Notes under the pieces: generated by a model
Told to the model about the DNA's origin: nothing
Seen by the model: the letters and a program-made list of their open reading frames with translations, nothing else
Databases searched by the model: none
NCBI GenBank assembly: GCA_050949505.1
Contig: JBMNFV010000001.1
Coordinates: 222,284 to 286,283 of the forward strand
Direction of reading: 5' to 3'
Length of the DNA stretch: 64,000 bases
Source: Patescibacteria group bacterium
GTDB lineage: Bacteria; Patescibacteriota; Patescibacteriia; Patescibacteriales; UBA12465
In this document: positions 26,476 to 36,305 of the stretch, piece by piece
Position numbering within the stretch: position 1 is the first letter of the stretch
Layout: each line of letters starts with the position of its first letter
Made by a program: the position numbers and the translations under genes

Positions 26476-28083
26476 ATGACTAAGAAAATTAAATTACAAT
26501 TAATTAATTGGCAAGAACTACGCTCTTGGCGACCCTATTTTATCTTAGTGGTCTTAGGTTTTGTTTTATACAGTCAAATTTTAAGCTTTGACTTAACTTA
26601 TTTGGATGACAATACCTTGATTATTGATAATTGGGAGATTATTAGTAATTTAAGAAATATTCCTTTAGCCTTTTCTAGTGATGCCTTTTTCTCTGGGACA
26701 AATTTTTATTATCGCCCCTTGCTCAATGTTTCTTTTATGTTAGACGCCCTTTGGGGGCAGGGGACTTTTTGGGTTTATTTTTTAAGCAATCTTTTGCTTC
26801 ACTTAGTAACTGCCTGTTTGGTATTTTTAAGCTTAACTAAGTTGAATACTCGCCGCCCCTTAGCTTTTTTATTAGCCCTAATATTTTTAGTTCATCCGGC
26901 GATTAGCCAAGCAGTGGCTTGGTTGCCAGGGCGCAATGACTCTTTGGTCACCTTATTTTCCGTCTTATCACTACTAGCCCTATTTAAGTTTGCAGCCAGA
27001 CCAAGACTGGGTTCACTTTTAGCGTATGCTGGCTGGTTTGCGCTTGCCCTATTTACTAAGGAGACAGTTATTTTTTTACCAGTTTTAGCCCTAGTCTATT
27101 TCCTAACTATCGGCAAAAAGCCAGATAGTCAAAAGACTGAGAAGCTGTTAGTATTACTACTGTCAATACTAGTGGGGACTATTTGGCTAGTGATGCGACG
27201 TTTGGCCTTTGTTCAGGAGAATATTTTGTTTAGCCAGGCCCTAAAGTCGCTAGGGGATAATTTATCAGCCGCTGTTATCTTAGCGGGTAAGCTAATTTTG
27301 CCAGTTAATTTATCAGTTTTGCCAGTGCCAGCCGATACCACCTTTCTTTGGAGCTTGTTGGCGATAATAATTTTAGTGGTGGCCTTAGTTAAATCTAAAA
27401 AAATTAATTATCCCCGGTTCATTTTTGGTTTAGCTTGGTTTTTAATCTTCCTCCTCCCGCCATTTATTATCTCTTCCGCCGCTCCATTTATTTTAGAGCA
27501 CCGCTTATATTTACCACTAATTGGATTCTTGATTATGATTTCTGAGATAGAGTTTATCAAAGAGCTTAACTTTAGAAAGACCGGGGTTAAATTGGGAGCG
27601 GGGTTAATCTTGTTAATATTAGCAATTATCACCTTCACTCATAGTCAAAACTTTTCTAATCGCTTAACTTTTTGGCAAAGAGCGGTAGCCGATTCACCTC
27701 ACTCAGAGCTAGCCCAAAAAAACATGGGAGCGATGTATTATTTAGCAGGAGACTTTCAGTTGGCTAAAGAGCATTATGAACTGGCTCTTAAGTTGAATCC
27801 AGACGAGCCAATGGTTTATAATAATTTAGGATTGATTTATTTTAATTTAGGAGAACTAGAGTTGGCTGAGGAATATTTTAAATTAGAGCTGGCCAGGTAT
27901 CCGCATTATGATAAAGCTTTAGCTAATTTAGGACAACTGTATTATCAGCAGGAAAAATTCATTGCCGCTAAGAATTTATTTGAACAAGCCCTTTATTACA
28001 ATCCTTATCAAGCTGAGGTGCAGCAACTCTTGGCAGAAACAATTAAGCAGATAAGCGACGCTCCGGTCGCTGATGATTTTTAA
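26476..28083 (+). CDS. Polytopic membrane protein with C-terminal TPR repeats (GT39/GT83 PMT/ArnT-like glycosyltransferase candidate)
   Basis: 535 aa. About 10 TM helices over the first ~400 aa, then TPR-like repeats (AQKNMGAMYYLAGDFQLAKEHYELALKLNPDEP..., YNNLGLIYFNLGELELAEEYF...). It starts 1 nt after the GT2 stop. Confidence 0.6.
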   Translation: MTKKIKLQLINWQELRSWRPYFILVVLGFVLYSQILSFDLTYLDDNTLIIDNWEIISNLRNIPLAFSSDAFFSGTNFYYRPLLNVSFMLDALWGQGTFWVYFLSNLLLHLVTACLVFLSLTKLNTRRPLAFLLALIFLVHPAISQAVAWLPGRNDSLVTLFSVLSLLALFKFAARPRLGSLLAYAGWFALALFTKETVIFLPVLALVYFLTIGKKPDSQKTEKLLVLLLSILVGTIWLVMRRLAFVQENILFSQALKSLGDNLSAAVILAGKLILPVNLSVLPVPADTTFLWSLLAIIILVVALVKSKKINYPRFIFGLAWFLIFLLPPFIISSAAPFILEHRLYLPLIGFLIMISEIEFIKELNFRKTGVKLGAGLILLILAIITFTHSQNFSNRLTFWQRAVADSPHSELAQKNMGAMYYLAGDFQLAKEHYELALKLNPDEPMVYNNLGLIYFNLGELELAEEYFKLELARYPHYDKALANLGQLYYQQEKFIAAKNLFEQALYYNPYQAEVQQLLAETIKQISDAPVADDF

Positions 28084-28095
28084 TTATTAATAAAC

Positions 28096-29742
28096 ATGAA
28101 ATTAGTCAAAATTCTTCATAAGCAAGTTAATAGTGTTATGTCAGCTGCTTTTTTGGTGGCGCTTTTTTCTCTGGCTTCTCGTTTCTTGGGAATATTCCGA
28201 GATAGAATTTTAGCGGGAAAGTTTGGCGCAGGCCCAGAATTGGATATTTATTATGCTGCCTTTAGGATTCCGGACTTAATTTTTAATCTATTAATTCTCG
28301 GCGCCCTTTCCGCTGGCTTTGTGCCAATCTTTACTTCGTTAATTAAAAGTTTTTCTAGCTCGGGACCCGCTAAGCAGCGAGAAGAGAATAATTCAGAGGC
28401 TTGGTTTTTAGTTAATAATGTTTTAGGGTTCTTAGTGCTAGGGGTAGGGATTATTTCTATTTTAGGAATTATTTTTGCCCAGCCCTTAACTAGACTAATA
28501 ACGCCAGGTTTTTCTCCAGAACAGCAGGTAGCGGTGGCGCGGCTTACCAGAATAATGTTCCTGTCCCCATTGTTCCTTGGTCTCTCGGGAGTATTTAGTG
28601 GTATTCTGCAATCATTTAAGCGATTTTTAGTTTATTCCTTATCACCCATTTTTTATAATCTAGGTATTATTGTTGGTGCTCTGTATTTCACCGATCGTTG
28701 GGGACTAACGGGCTTAGCTTGGGGAGTAGTGTTAGGAGCTTTTTTGCATTTCTTGGTTCAAGTTCCCATTGCTTATCAACTGGGCTATCGCTACCGACCA
28801 CTCTTAGTTTGGCGAGATAAAAATACTTTAACCATTTGGCGGATGATGATTCCTCGCACCTTAAGTCTAGCGGTTTCTCAGGTCAATTTAGTGGTGATTA
28901 CGATTCTAGCTTCAGGTTTAGCTAGTGGCTCTTTAGCAATTTTTAATTTAGCCAATAATCTCCAGTCATTTCCTATTGGCATTTTTGGCATTTCTTTTGC
29001 GGTGGCAGCCTTTCCGGCTTTATCATTAGTTGCTTTTGATTTAGAGAAATTAAGTGCTAACTTTTCCCAAACAGTTAGACAGATATTCTTCTTTGTTATT
29101 CCGGCGACGGTCCTAATGATTATCTTTAGAGCGCAAATAGTGAGAGTGGTGCTAGGGGCCGGGAGCTTTGATTGGGAGGACACTATTTTAACGATGAATA
29201 CTTTAGGGTTTTTTACCCTGAGCCTATTCGCTCAAGCCACTCTACCACTACTTACTAGAGTTTTTTATGCCCGCCAAGACTCTCGGACTCCTTTCTATTT
29301 TAGTGTGATTGCGGTAGTCTTAAACATTATCCTGTCCATTTATTTGGGCCCCAAGATGGGGGTAGTGGGCTTAGCCTTAGCTTTTTCTATTACCAGTATT
29401 CTTAACTTTTTATTCTTATGGATAGCGATTTGCGTCAAGATAGGTAATCTAGACATTAGCAATATTTTACAATCTGTTCTAAAATTCACTTTTAGCGCTA
29501 TTGTCGCTGGCCTGGTAGCTCAAGAGATGAAAGCAATTATTTGGCCCTTTATAGATATGACCAAGTTTAGTGGAGTGTTTACCCAGTTAACAGTATCAGC
29601 TAGCTTGGGAATCATTGTCTATTTCTTCCTCTGCTATCTTCTTAAAAGCCCAGAGGCGAGAGACTTATTACTAGCCCTACGAAAGAGACTACCCTTCCAT
29701 AAGATCAAGGTAGAGGATCAGACTGAGGCCCGAGGGATTTAA
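28096..29742 (+). CDS. murJ: Lipid II flippase MurJ (MviN)
   Basis: 548 aa, polytopic. N-terminal SRFLGIFRDRILAGKFGAG...DIYYAAFRIPD is the MurJ signature. Confidence 0.9.
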   Translation: MKLVKILHKQVNSVMSAAFLVALFSLASRFLGIFRDRILAGKFGAGPELDIYYAAFRIPDLIFNLLILGALSAGFVPIFTSLIKSFSSSGPAKQREENNSEAWFLVNNVLGFLVLGVGIISILGIIFAQPLTRLITPGFSPEQQVAVARLTRIMFLSPLFLGLSGVFSGILQSFKRFLVYSLSPIFYNLGIIVGALYFTDRWGLTGLAWGVVLGAFLHFLVQVPIAYQLGYRYRPLLVWRDKNTLTIWRMMIPRTLSLAVSQVNLVVITILASGLASGSLAIFNLANNLQSFPIGIFGISFAVAAFPALSLVAFDLEKLSANFSQTVRQIFFFVIPATVLMIIFRAQIVRVVLGAGSFDWEDTILTMNTLGFFTLSLFAQATLPLLTRVFYARQDSRTPFYFSVIAVVLNIILSIYLGPKMGVVGLALAFSITSILNFLFLWIAICVKIGNLDISNILQSVLKFTFSAIVAGLVAQEMKAIIWPFIDMTKFSGVFTQLTVSASLGIIVYFFLCYLLKSPEARDLLLALRKRLPFHKIKVEDQTEARGI

Positions 29743-29753
29743 AAAAGAGAAAT

Positions 29754-31577
29754 ATGAAACAAGAAGTTAATAAAATTAGAAATTTTTGCATCATTGCTCA
29801 CATTGACCACGGTAAGTCTACTTTAGCAGATAGAATGCTGGAGTTAACTCAGACGGTTGAAAAAAGAAAAATGAAAGATCAGCTGTTAGATGGTTTAGAG
29901 ATAGAGCAAAAGCGAGGTATCACTATCAAGCTACAGCCAGTGACCATGGATTATCAGGGCTATAAATTTAACCTGATTGACACTCCGGGTCACGTAGATT
30001 TTTCCTATGAAGTCTCTCGCTCCTTAGCAGCCGTGGAAACTGCTGTTTTGCTAGTTGATAGTACTCAGGGAATTCAGGCCCAAACGCTCGCCAATCTCTA
30101 TTTAGCTCTAGAGCAGAACCTGACAATTATTCCCGTTTTGAATAAAATAGATTTACCAGCTTCTGATGTAGCTAAGACTAAGCGAGAGATAGTTAAATTA
30201 TTGGGCTGCCAAGAAGAAGAGGTTTTGAGTTGCTCTGGGAAGACCGGCGAAGGAGTCTTAGAAATTCTAGATGAAGTGATCGCTAAGGGGCAGGCCCCTC
30301 AAGAAGAGGAGGAGAGTCAGACTAATTTGCCCCGAGCCTTAATTTTTGATTCTAAATATGATGTTTACCGAGGAGTGGTTGCCTATGTAAGAGTATTTGG
30401 GGGAACAATTAGCCGAGGAGATAAATTGCGACTATTATCTAGCCGAACAGAGAGTGAGGTCTTAGATTGCGGTATATTTAAACCGGACTATGTCTCAACT
30501 GATTCATTAAAAACCGGGGAGATAGGCTATATTATTACCGGCTTTAAATCAGTGGCAGACTGTCGGGTCGGAGATACCCTAACGGCCAATCAAGGAGTTA
30601 GTCGGGCAGCCGAGCTAGTGCCTTTGGCAGGCTATCAAGAAGTGAAGCCCATGGTTTTTGCGGGAATCTTTCCTAAGGAAGGTAGTGATTTCAAGGAATT
30701 GCGGGAGGCGATGGACAAGCTAAAGCTTAATGATGCTTCGCTCTATTACGAACCAGAGCGATCAGATGCGCTAGGTTTTGGTTTTCGTTGTGGGTTTTTA
30801 GGCTTGCTACACCTAGAGGTGTTTCAGGAAAGATTGAGAGAGGAATATAATTTAGATCTAATCGTTACCGTCCCTAGTGTGGCCTACCAGGTGCTTAAAA
30901 AGAATGGCGAGGAACTATTGGTAAGGACTCCGCAACGTTTACCAGAACCTCAAGAGATTGAAAGTATTTCCGAGCCCTGGGTGAAGTTAGATATAATTAG
31001 CCCCGAGTCTAGTCTGGGGAGTATTATGAATTTAGCTCAAGACAGACGAGGAGTTTATAAAAATACAGAGTATATCTCTAGTGGCGAGAGTGAATCACGA
31101 GTCATCTTGCATTACGAAATTCCCATGGCGGCGATTTTAACTGATTTTTATGATAAGATAAAAAGTGTCTCAGCAGGCTACGCTTCCATTAATTATGAGT
31201 ATTTAGACTATCGTCCAGCGGAGGTGGTTCGTCTAGATATATTAGTAGCGGAAGAAATGATCGAGGCCTTAGCTACCATTGTCTATCGTGATGAGGCGAT
31301 GAAGCAGGGCCGGGAAGTGGTAGAAATTTTAAAGGACAATTTACCTCGACAAATGTTTGCCGTTAAAATTCAAGCAGCCCTGCAGGGGAAAGTGATTGCA
31401 GCGGAGAGACTTTCTGCGATGCGCAAAGACGTGACCGCTAAGCTGTACGGGGGAGATGTTTCTCGGAAAAGAAAACTACTAGAAAAGCAGAAGAGAGGCA
31501 AAAAGAAAATGATGTTAGCTGGAAAGGGTAGCGTAGAAATCCCACCCGATACTTTTGTTAAAATTCTTAAAAGATAA
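29754..31577 (+). CDS. lepA: Elongation factor 4 (LepA)
   Basis: 607 aa. IRNFCIIAHIDHGKSTLADR, DTPGHVDF, NKIDL GTPase motifs and the LepA C-terminal domain. Confidence 0.98.
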   Translation: MKQEVNKIRNFCIIAHIDHGKSTLADRMLELTQTVEKRKMKDQLLDGLEIEQKRGITIKLQPVTMDYQGYKFNLIDTPGHVDFSYEVSRSLAAVETAVLLVDSTQGIQAQTLANLYLALEQNLTIIPVLNKIDLPASDVAKTKREIVKLLGCQEEEVLSCSGKTGEGVLEILDEVIAKGQAPQEEEESQTNLPRALIFDSKYDVYRGVVAYVRVFGGTISRGDKLRLLSSRTESEVLDCGIFKPDYVSTDSLKTGEIGYIITGFKSVADCRVGDTLTANQGVSRAAELVPLAGYQEVKPMVFAGIFPKEGSDFKELREAMDKLKLNDASLYYEPERSDALGFGFRCGFLGLLHLEVFQERLREEYNLDLIVTVPSVAYQVLKKNGEELLVRTPQRLPEPQEIESISEPWVKLDIISPESSLGSIMNLAQDRRGVYKNTEYISSGESESRVILHYEIPMAAILTDFYDKIKSVSAGYASINYEYLDYRPAEVVRLDILVAEEMIEALATIVYRDEAMKQGREVVEILKDNLPRQMFAVKIQAALQGKVIAAERLSAMRKDVTAKLYGGDVSRKRKLLEKQKRGKKKMMLAGKGSVEIPPDTFVKILKR

Positions 31578-31591
31578 ATTAATAAGCAGTT

Positions 31592-31693
31592 ATGAAAAAA
31601 AAGAAACTAACTAAAATAATCTGGATCTTTATTTCCGTGATCGTGACCGTGTCAATGGTAGCCCTATCCTTAGGGTCATTATTTTTTGAATAA
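31592..31693 (+). CDS. Possible 33-aa single-TM micropeptide
   Basis: My reading: ATG at 31592, MKKKKLTKIIWIFISVIVTVSMVALSLGSLFFE, stop TAA at 31691-31693. It is below the ORF-track length cutoff. Support is only the basic N-terminus plus a clean TM helix. Confidence 0.3.
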   Translation: MKKKKLTKIIWIFISVIVTVSMVALSLGSLFFE

Positions 31694-31791
31694 ATTAAAA
31701 AAATAATATTTCAATAAAAAAAGAGTGGACAATTCTCCCTCAGGCTCCTCAGGAATTTTTAGCCAGTCAACCGGACTTATCTCCGGTTCTT

Positions 31792-33537
31792 TTGCAATTA
31801 CTATTTAATCGTCAACTCAAAGACCGGGAGGAGATAGAGAGGTTTTTATCAGGAGAATTAAAGGAAGACAGAACCTTAGTGATTGGCGATAATGAGCAAG
31901 ATAGATTTTATGACCCCTTCTTATTTAAGGATATGGAGGCTAGTGTCCAGCTAATTATTGACCAAATTAAAGCGGGAGCGCCCGTTTTAATTTATGGTGA
32001 CTATGACGCGGACGGAGTGACCTCGTCAGCAGTCCTATTAGAAGTCCTGCAAATTTTACAAGCTCAGGTTGAGGTCTATCTACCAGATCGGGTAAGTGAG
32101 GGTTATGGCTTAAACAAGGCGGCGCTAGACTTAATCGCTAAGCAGGGATTTAAACTAATCATTACCGTTGACACTGGTATTCGTAATCAGGCTGAGGTTG
32201 CTTATGCTAAAAGCTTAGGACTAGAGATAATTATCACCGATCATCATTTGTTGCCAGAGACGGCTGAAGATTTGCCAGACTGTCTAATTATTAATCCGGC
32301 AGATAAAAGAAACAACTATCCAGGGCCAACCTTAGCGGGGGTGGGAGTGGCTTTTAAATTAGCGAGCGCTTTGATTCATAAAGCCAAATTACCCCTTAGG
32401 CAAAAGCAGTTAATTTTAGAAAAAATATTAGACTTAGTAGCGGTAGGAACGATTGCTGACCTAGTTAGTTTATTGGGAGAAAATAGACTATTAGTTAAGC
32501 GGGGCTTAGAAATAATTAATCGTCAGCGTCGCTTGGGCCTACGAGAGTTAATCAAGGTGGCCAAGATTAGTGAGAAAAAAGCAATAGAGGCTTGGCAAGT
32601 GGGTTGGCAGCTAGGACCCCGACTTAACGCGGCTAGCCGACTTAGTCATGCTAATACCGCCTTTAGCTTGCTAATAACTACTAATCAAGAAGAGGCTAGT
32701 TCGTTAGCTAATGAGCTAAATCAAAAAAATCTTAGTCGGCAAAAGATTACCGAAGAGATTAGGGTAGCGGTTGAGCAGCAGTTAGCTAAGACAGCGATTC
32801 CTAAAATAATTATTAGTGTCGCCCCCAAAGATCAAGTTTGGAATGAGGGAGTAATTGGTCTAGTGGCGGGCAAGATTACAGAAAAATATTATCGTCCCAG
32901 CTTGATAATAATCAGAGTAGTAGAAAAATTTGAATTTGATAGTCAACAAAAAAAGTTAGTCCCTAAAAAGTTTTCCTTTAAGGGCTCTGGTCGCTCTATC
33001 CCTGGCTTTAATTTAGTGAAAGCTCTAGAGAGTTGCGCCGCTTATTTAGATAAATATGGAGGGCATCCCTTGGCCTGTGGTTTTACGATTAGCTCTGAGG
33101 AAAATTTAGAAAAATTTAAGAAGCAACTAAGGGAAATAGCTAACCAGGAAATAGTGGGCAATATTCTAATTCCTAAATTAAGTTTAGAAATGGAATTAAA
33201 GTTTGCGCAAATAGATTTAGGATTAGTTGAAGAGATTAATCGCCTGGCCCCCTTTGGTCAAGATAATCAGCCGCCTAAATTTGCTAGTTATCAGCTTAAG
33301 ATAGAGGAGATTAACTTATTGGGCCTAGATAAGCAGCATATTAAAATTAGGTTCTCTCAACTGGGAGATCAGACCTCGTCATCTTTTTGGGGCCTAGCCT
33401 TTGGCGAAGCAGAACGTTATCAGGATTTAGTAGTAGGAGAGCAAGTTGCCTTAAGCTATTATTTAGAGATTAATGAATTTAATAATAAACGTGAGGTACA
33501 ATTAAAAATAATTGACTTAAAATTATGTCAAAAATGA
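31792..33537 (+). CDS. recJ: Single-stranded-DNA-specific exonuclease RecJ (true start probably upstream at a non-canonical codon)
   Basis: DHH motifs (YGDYDADGVTS, DTGI, ITDHH) and the DHHA1 GGHPLACG. The open frame with RecJ-like N-terminal sequence (KEWTILPQAPQEFLASQPDLSPVLLQLLFNR) extends back to 31699. It contains no ATG/GTG and only the TTG at 31792. Confidence 0.9.
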   Translation: MQLLFNRQLKDREEIERFLSGELKEDRTLVIGDNEQDRFYDPFLFKDMEASVQLIIDQIKAGAPVLIYGDYDADGVTSSAVLLEVLQILQAQVEVYLPDRVSEGYGLNKAALDLIAKQGFKLIITVDTGIRNQAEVAYAKSLGLEIIITDHHLLPETAEDLPDCLIINPADKRNNYPGPTLAGVGVAFKLASALIHKAKLPLRQKQLILEKILDLVAVGTIADLVSLLGENRLLVKRGLEIINRQRRLGLRELIKVAKISEKKAIEAWQVGWQLGPRLNAASRLSHANTAFSLLITTNQEEASSLANELNQKNLSRQKITEEIRVAVEQQLAKTAIPKIIISVAPKDQVWNEGVIGLVAGKITEKYYRPSLIIIRVVEKFEFDSQQKKLVPKKFSFKGSGRSIPGFNLVKALESCAAYLDKYGGHPLACGFTISSEENLEKFKKQLREIANQEIVGNILIPKLSLEMELKFAQIDLGLVEEINRLAPFGQDNQPPKFASYQLKIEEINLLGLDKQHIKIRFSQLGDQTSSSFWGLAFGEAERYQDLVVGEQVALSYYLEINEFNNKREVQLKIIDLKLCQK

Positions 33538-33941
33538 TTATTTTCTCTGACGGTGGGGCTCGGGGCAATCCGGGGCCAGCCGGTATCGGAGCAGTGATAT
33601 ATAATGAAAAAAAAGAAGTTTTAGCCACGATCTCCCAATATTTAGGAGAGACGACTAACAACCAAGCTGAGTATCATGCCTTGTTAGTTGCTTTAAAAAA
33701 AGCTCAAGAATTAGGAGCTGACCAAGTAGAGTGCTTTTTAGATAGTGAGTTAGTGGTTAAGCAGCTTAATTTAGAGTATAAAATAAAAAGCAAGGAATTA
33801 GCTCCCTTGTTTTTAGAAGTTTATAATCTTAGCTGGGAATTTGTGGGCATTAGCTTTACCCACATTCCCCGAGAACAAAATACGGTCGCTGACAAGTTAG
33901 CTAATCAAGCTATGGATAGAGGGGAGACTATTTCCCAGTAG
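33525..33941 (+). CDS. rnhA: Ribonuclease HI family protein
   Basis: 138 aa. SDGGARGNPGPAGIGAVI...NNQAEYHALLVAL...DSELVVKQL...NTVADKLAN covers the DEDD catalytic residues of type 1 RNase H. Overlaps recJ by 13 nt. Confidence 0.9.
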   Translation: MSKMIIFSDGGARGNPGPAGIGAVIYNEKKEVLATISQYLGETTNNQAEYHALLVALKKAQELGADQVECFLDSELVVKQLNLEYKIKSKELAPLFLEVYNLSWEFVGISFTHIPREQNTVADKLANQAMDRGETISQ

Positions 33942-35103
33942 GGGACCAGTGCCAAGGTTCTTGGGGATGAATTTCTGCCTTTAAGCCAACCGCGTTCATA
34001 CACTTGGTGAGGCTAGAGGAGTCATTAAATTTCCAGTCCATCTTCTGTCCATCTAAACGATTAATATCCATCGCTGTGCCGAGGCTATGGTTAGAACAGC
34101 AAGGAAAGGCAACCGGATTAGGATTCTCTCCGGCAGCTTTAGCAGCATCATAATTCTTTCTAAGTCTAACCTGCTCTTGAGGAGAGCGCCAGCCTTCACG
34201 GATGTAAAATAAACCCTGACCTTCATTTTCTTCTTTTACACATTCCATCGCTTGCAAATATTTACCCAAAGTCTCAGCTGCAACTAAGGTGTTGTCATGA
34301 CTTACTAATTCAATCCCTTCAGGGTAATTAGTGCCCAAAGCCTCACAAGTGGAATAGTCACCATTTCTTGAATCGTTACAAGCTTGTCGGTAATCAGCGT
34401 CAGTAATCTCTTCAATTTTTAGAGAAGTATTAAGGTCTAAAGGCTCAATTCCCGGGATAGTAATATTTTTTAAGTTAACCAGGTCGGGATTAATTAAAGA
34501 AAGTAGGGTATGGGAAGAGATCAGGATAATAAAACCTACAAAGCTGCCAGAGATTAAGTTTTTAGCTTTCTCAATTTTAGAGGCATCGCCGCGAGAGAGT
34601 AGCCAAAGCACTCCGCCGCCCATTAAGACCAGTGAGGTTATTATCCCTCCCGCAGCAATAGCATAGCGATAAATAGCCCTAATTAACAAAGTCATCCAAG
34701 GAATTTCACATTCTTCTCCCAAGGGACACTGAACGTCACTTAACTTTTCTAAACCAGGAATAGTTATTTCCAAGTCAGGGGCCTTGAACAATGGGGAGTA
34801 TTCGGGAGCAGAATAAGCAGAGACTTCGCAGCAACATTCATAAGAAGTATTCCACATAGCTGATCCTTTGGGAGCAGGAGACTCACAGTTAGCAGCGGGG
34901 AAACTAGTTAGACCCTTCGCTCGACAACCTCCAGTATATGAAGAACCAGTGTTACCAGTTACCGTTGATCCAGTAGAAAACTGTATTTTTTCCCAACTAC
35001 AGTTAGTGGCAGTCTGAGCTTGAGTAGGTTGAATAAAAAAAGACAAACAAGCAAATAACACTAAGGCAATTACTAAGAGAGTTTTTGATAAAAACTTAGA
35101 CAT
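33928..35103 (-). CDS. Secreted Cys-rich protein with VirB2/TrbC-like pilin module fused to M15 (VanY-type) peptidoglycan peptidase domain
   Basis: 391 aa. Signal peptide (cleavage near TQAQ), Cys-rich N-domain, then a two-helix hairpin at aa ~140-205 (IAAGGIITSLVLMGGGVLWLLSRGDASKIEKAKNLISGSFVGFIILISS). The C-terminal LAS/M15 motifs are SNHSLGTAMD (nt 34066-34095) and EPWHW. Confidence 0.8.
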   Translation of the reverse strand: MSKFLSKTLLVIALVLFACLSFFIQPTQAQTATNCSWEKIQFSTGSTVTGNTGSSYTGGCRAKGLTSFPAANCESPAPKGSAMWNTSYECCCEVSAYSAPEYSPLFKAPDLEITIPGLEKLSDVQCPLGEECEIPWMTLLIRAIYRYAIAAGGIITSLVLMGGGVLWLLSRGDASKIEKAKNLISGSFVGFIILISSHTLLSLINPDLVNLKNITIPGIEPLDLNTSLKIEEITDADYRQACNDSRNGDYSTCEALGTNYPEGIELVSHDNTLVAAETLGKYLQAMECVKEENEGQGLFYIREGWRSPQEQVRLRKNYDAAKAAGENPNPVAFPCCSNHSLGTAMDINRLDGQKMDWKFNDSSSLTKCMNAVGLKAEIHPQEPWHWSPTGK

Positions 35104-35140
35104 GGTTGAGAGTGAATAAAAATTATTTATTTTTTATCAC

Positions 35141-36289
35141 TTATTTTTTTAAATTATTTTCAGCATCATGCTGACAACAGACTAATCCCATATTGCAACC
35201 GCGCCCACCTTTATCAGATATACATTTTAGAGAATTATCTTTTAAATATTTATTTTGCAAGCACTTAGAATTATATTCTGTTCCACAAGGTTCATCTTCT
35301 TTACCACTCGTTCCTAAATAACATAAGTTATTATAGCAAAAACCATTATTACCTCCATAAGCAGCATTGCCAAGACCATAGGGATTGCATCTTTCTCCAG
35401 GGTCAGCGTTATCACAAACTTTAGGAATAACTTCAGAAGATGTAAGTTCTAAATCTCCACAATTATTATCTTTTTTTGTTTCAATTAAAGAAAAAATCAG
35501 ATTTTTATTTAATTCATTTTGAGCTAGAGTAATATCTCCACTATTAAATACTTCCTTGGTACTCGGACATTTTTCGCCAGCGTCACTGTTAACGGTAGAG
35601 TAAGAGTAGTAAGTGTTGTAGCCAGAGGCTCCTCGATATTCATAAACACAGCAAGTGGATCCTAGATGAGAACTACAAGCGTAGCCGTTAGTAGTTTTGG
35701 TGCAAAAGTAATTATCTTCACACATGACACTAGGGCTAGCGCACTCACCTTTAACTCCAATTGTTGAACCTGATTCAGGGTGGCAGCAAGCGACATCAGG
35801 CAAGATTACCTTGGTTTTTATAGCATCAAGTTCAGTTAGCTTGGGGTTGATGGTGTTTAAAATAACCCAAGAGAATAGCAGAATGGCGAGACCAATGAAG
35901 CTGCCGGAGATAAGTTTTTTAGCAGTCTCTATTTGCGAAGAACTGCCACGAGAGGTTAGCCACAATACTCCAGCTCCCATTAGAATCAAGGAAATAATAA
36001 TAGCGCTAGCGGAGACGGCATAGTTGAAAATACCAATAATCATTAGAGCGAGAAGATTGCTTTCCATGTCTCCAGAGGTCTTATTAAATGAGCCCACCTT
36101 AACAGCTTCCCCCGCTTTAATAAATCCAGGAATAGTTATTTCCGAAGTAAAGGTTAGGGGTTCAGCTGGGTCATTCTTAGCTAAACTAACTTGAGGAAGA
36201 AGGCAGATGAAGGAGGCGAGAACAATCAAGCCAACTAAGAGAAAAATTCTGGTTTTAAATTGTTTAGTAAGCTTATAGTTATTAAACAT
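35141..36289 (-). CDS. Secreted protein with VirB2/TrbC-like pilin module fused to a large Cys-rich C-terminal domain
   Basis: 382 aa. Signal/anchor, EITIPG box, then the hairpin YAVSASAIIISLILMGAGVLWLTSRGSSSQIETAKKLISGSFIGLAILLFS. This is clearly paralogous to the same module in 33928..35103. A Cys-dense domain of about 220 aa follows (CC, CxxC-like pairs). Confidence 0.75.
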   Translation of the reverse strand: MFNNYKLTKQFKTRIFLLVGLIVLASFICLLPQVSLAKNDPAEPLTFTSEITIPGFIKAGEAVKVGSFNKTSGDMESNLLALMIIGIFNYAVSASAIIISLILMGAGVLWLTSRGSSSQIETAKKLISGSFIGLAILLFSWVILNTINPKLTELDAIKTKVILPDVACCHPESGSTIGVKGECASPSVMCEDNYFCTKTTNGYACSSHLGSTCCVYEYRGASGYNTYYSYSTVNSDAGEKCPSTKEVFNSGDITLAQNELNKNLIFSLIETKKDNNCGDLELTSSEVIPKVCDNADPGERCNPYGLGNAAYGGNNGFCYNNLCYLGTSGKEDEPCGTEYNSKCLQNKYLKDNSLKCISDKGGRGCNMGLVCCQHDAENNLKK

Positions 36290-36305
36290 ATTAATTATCT
36301 TAAAG

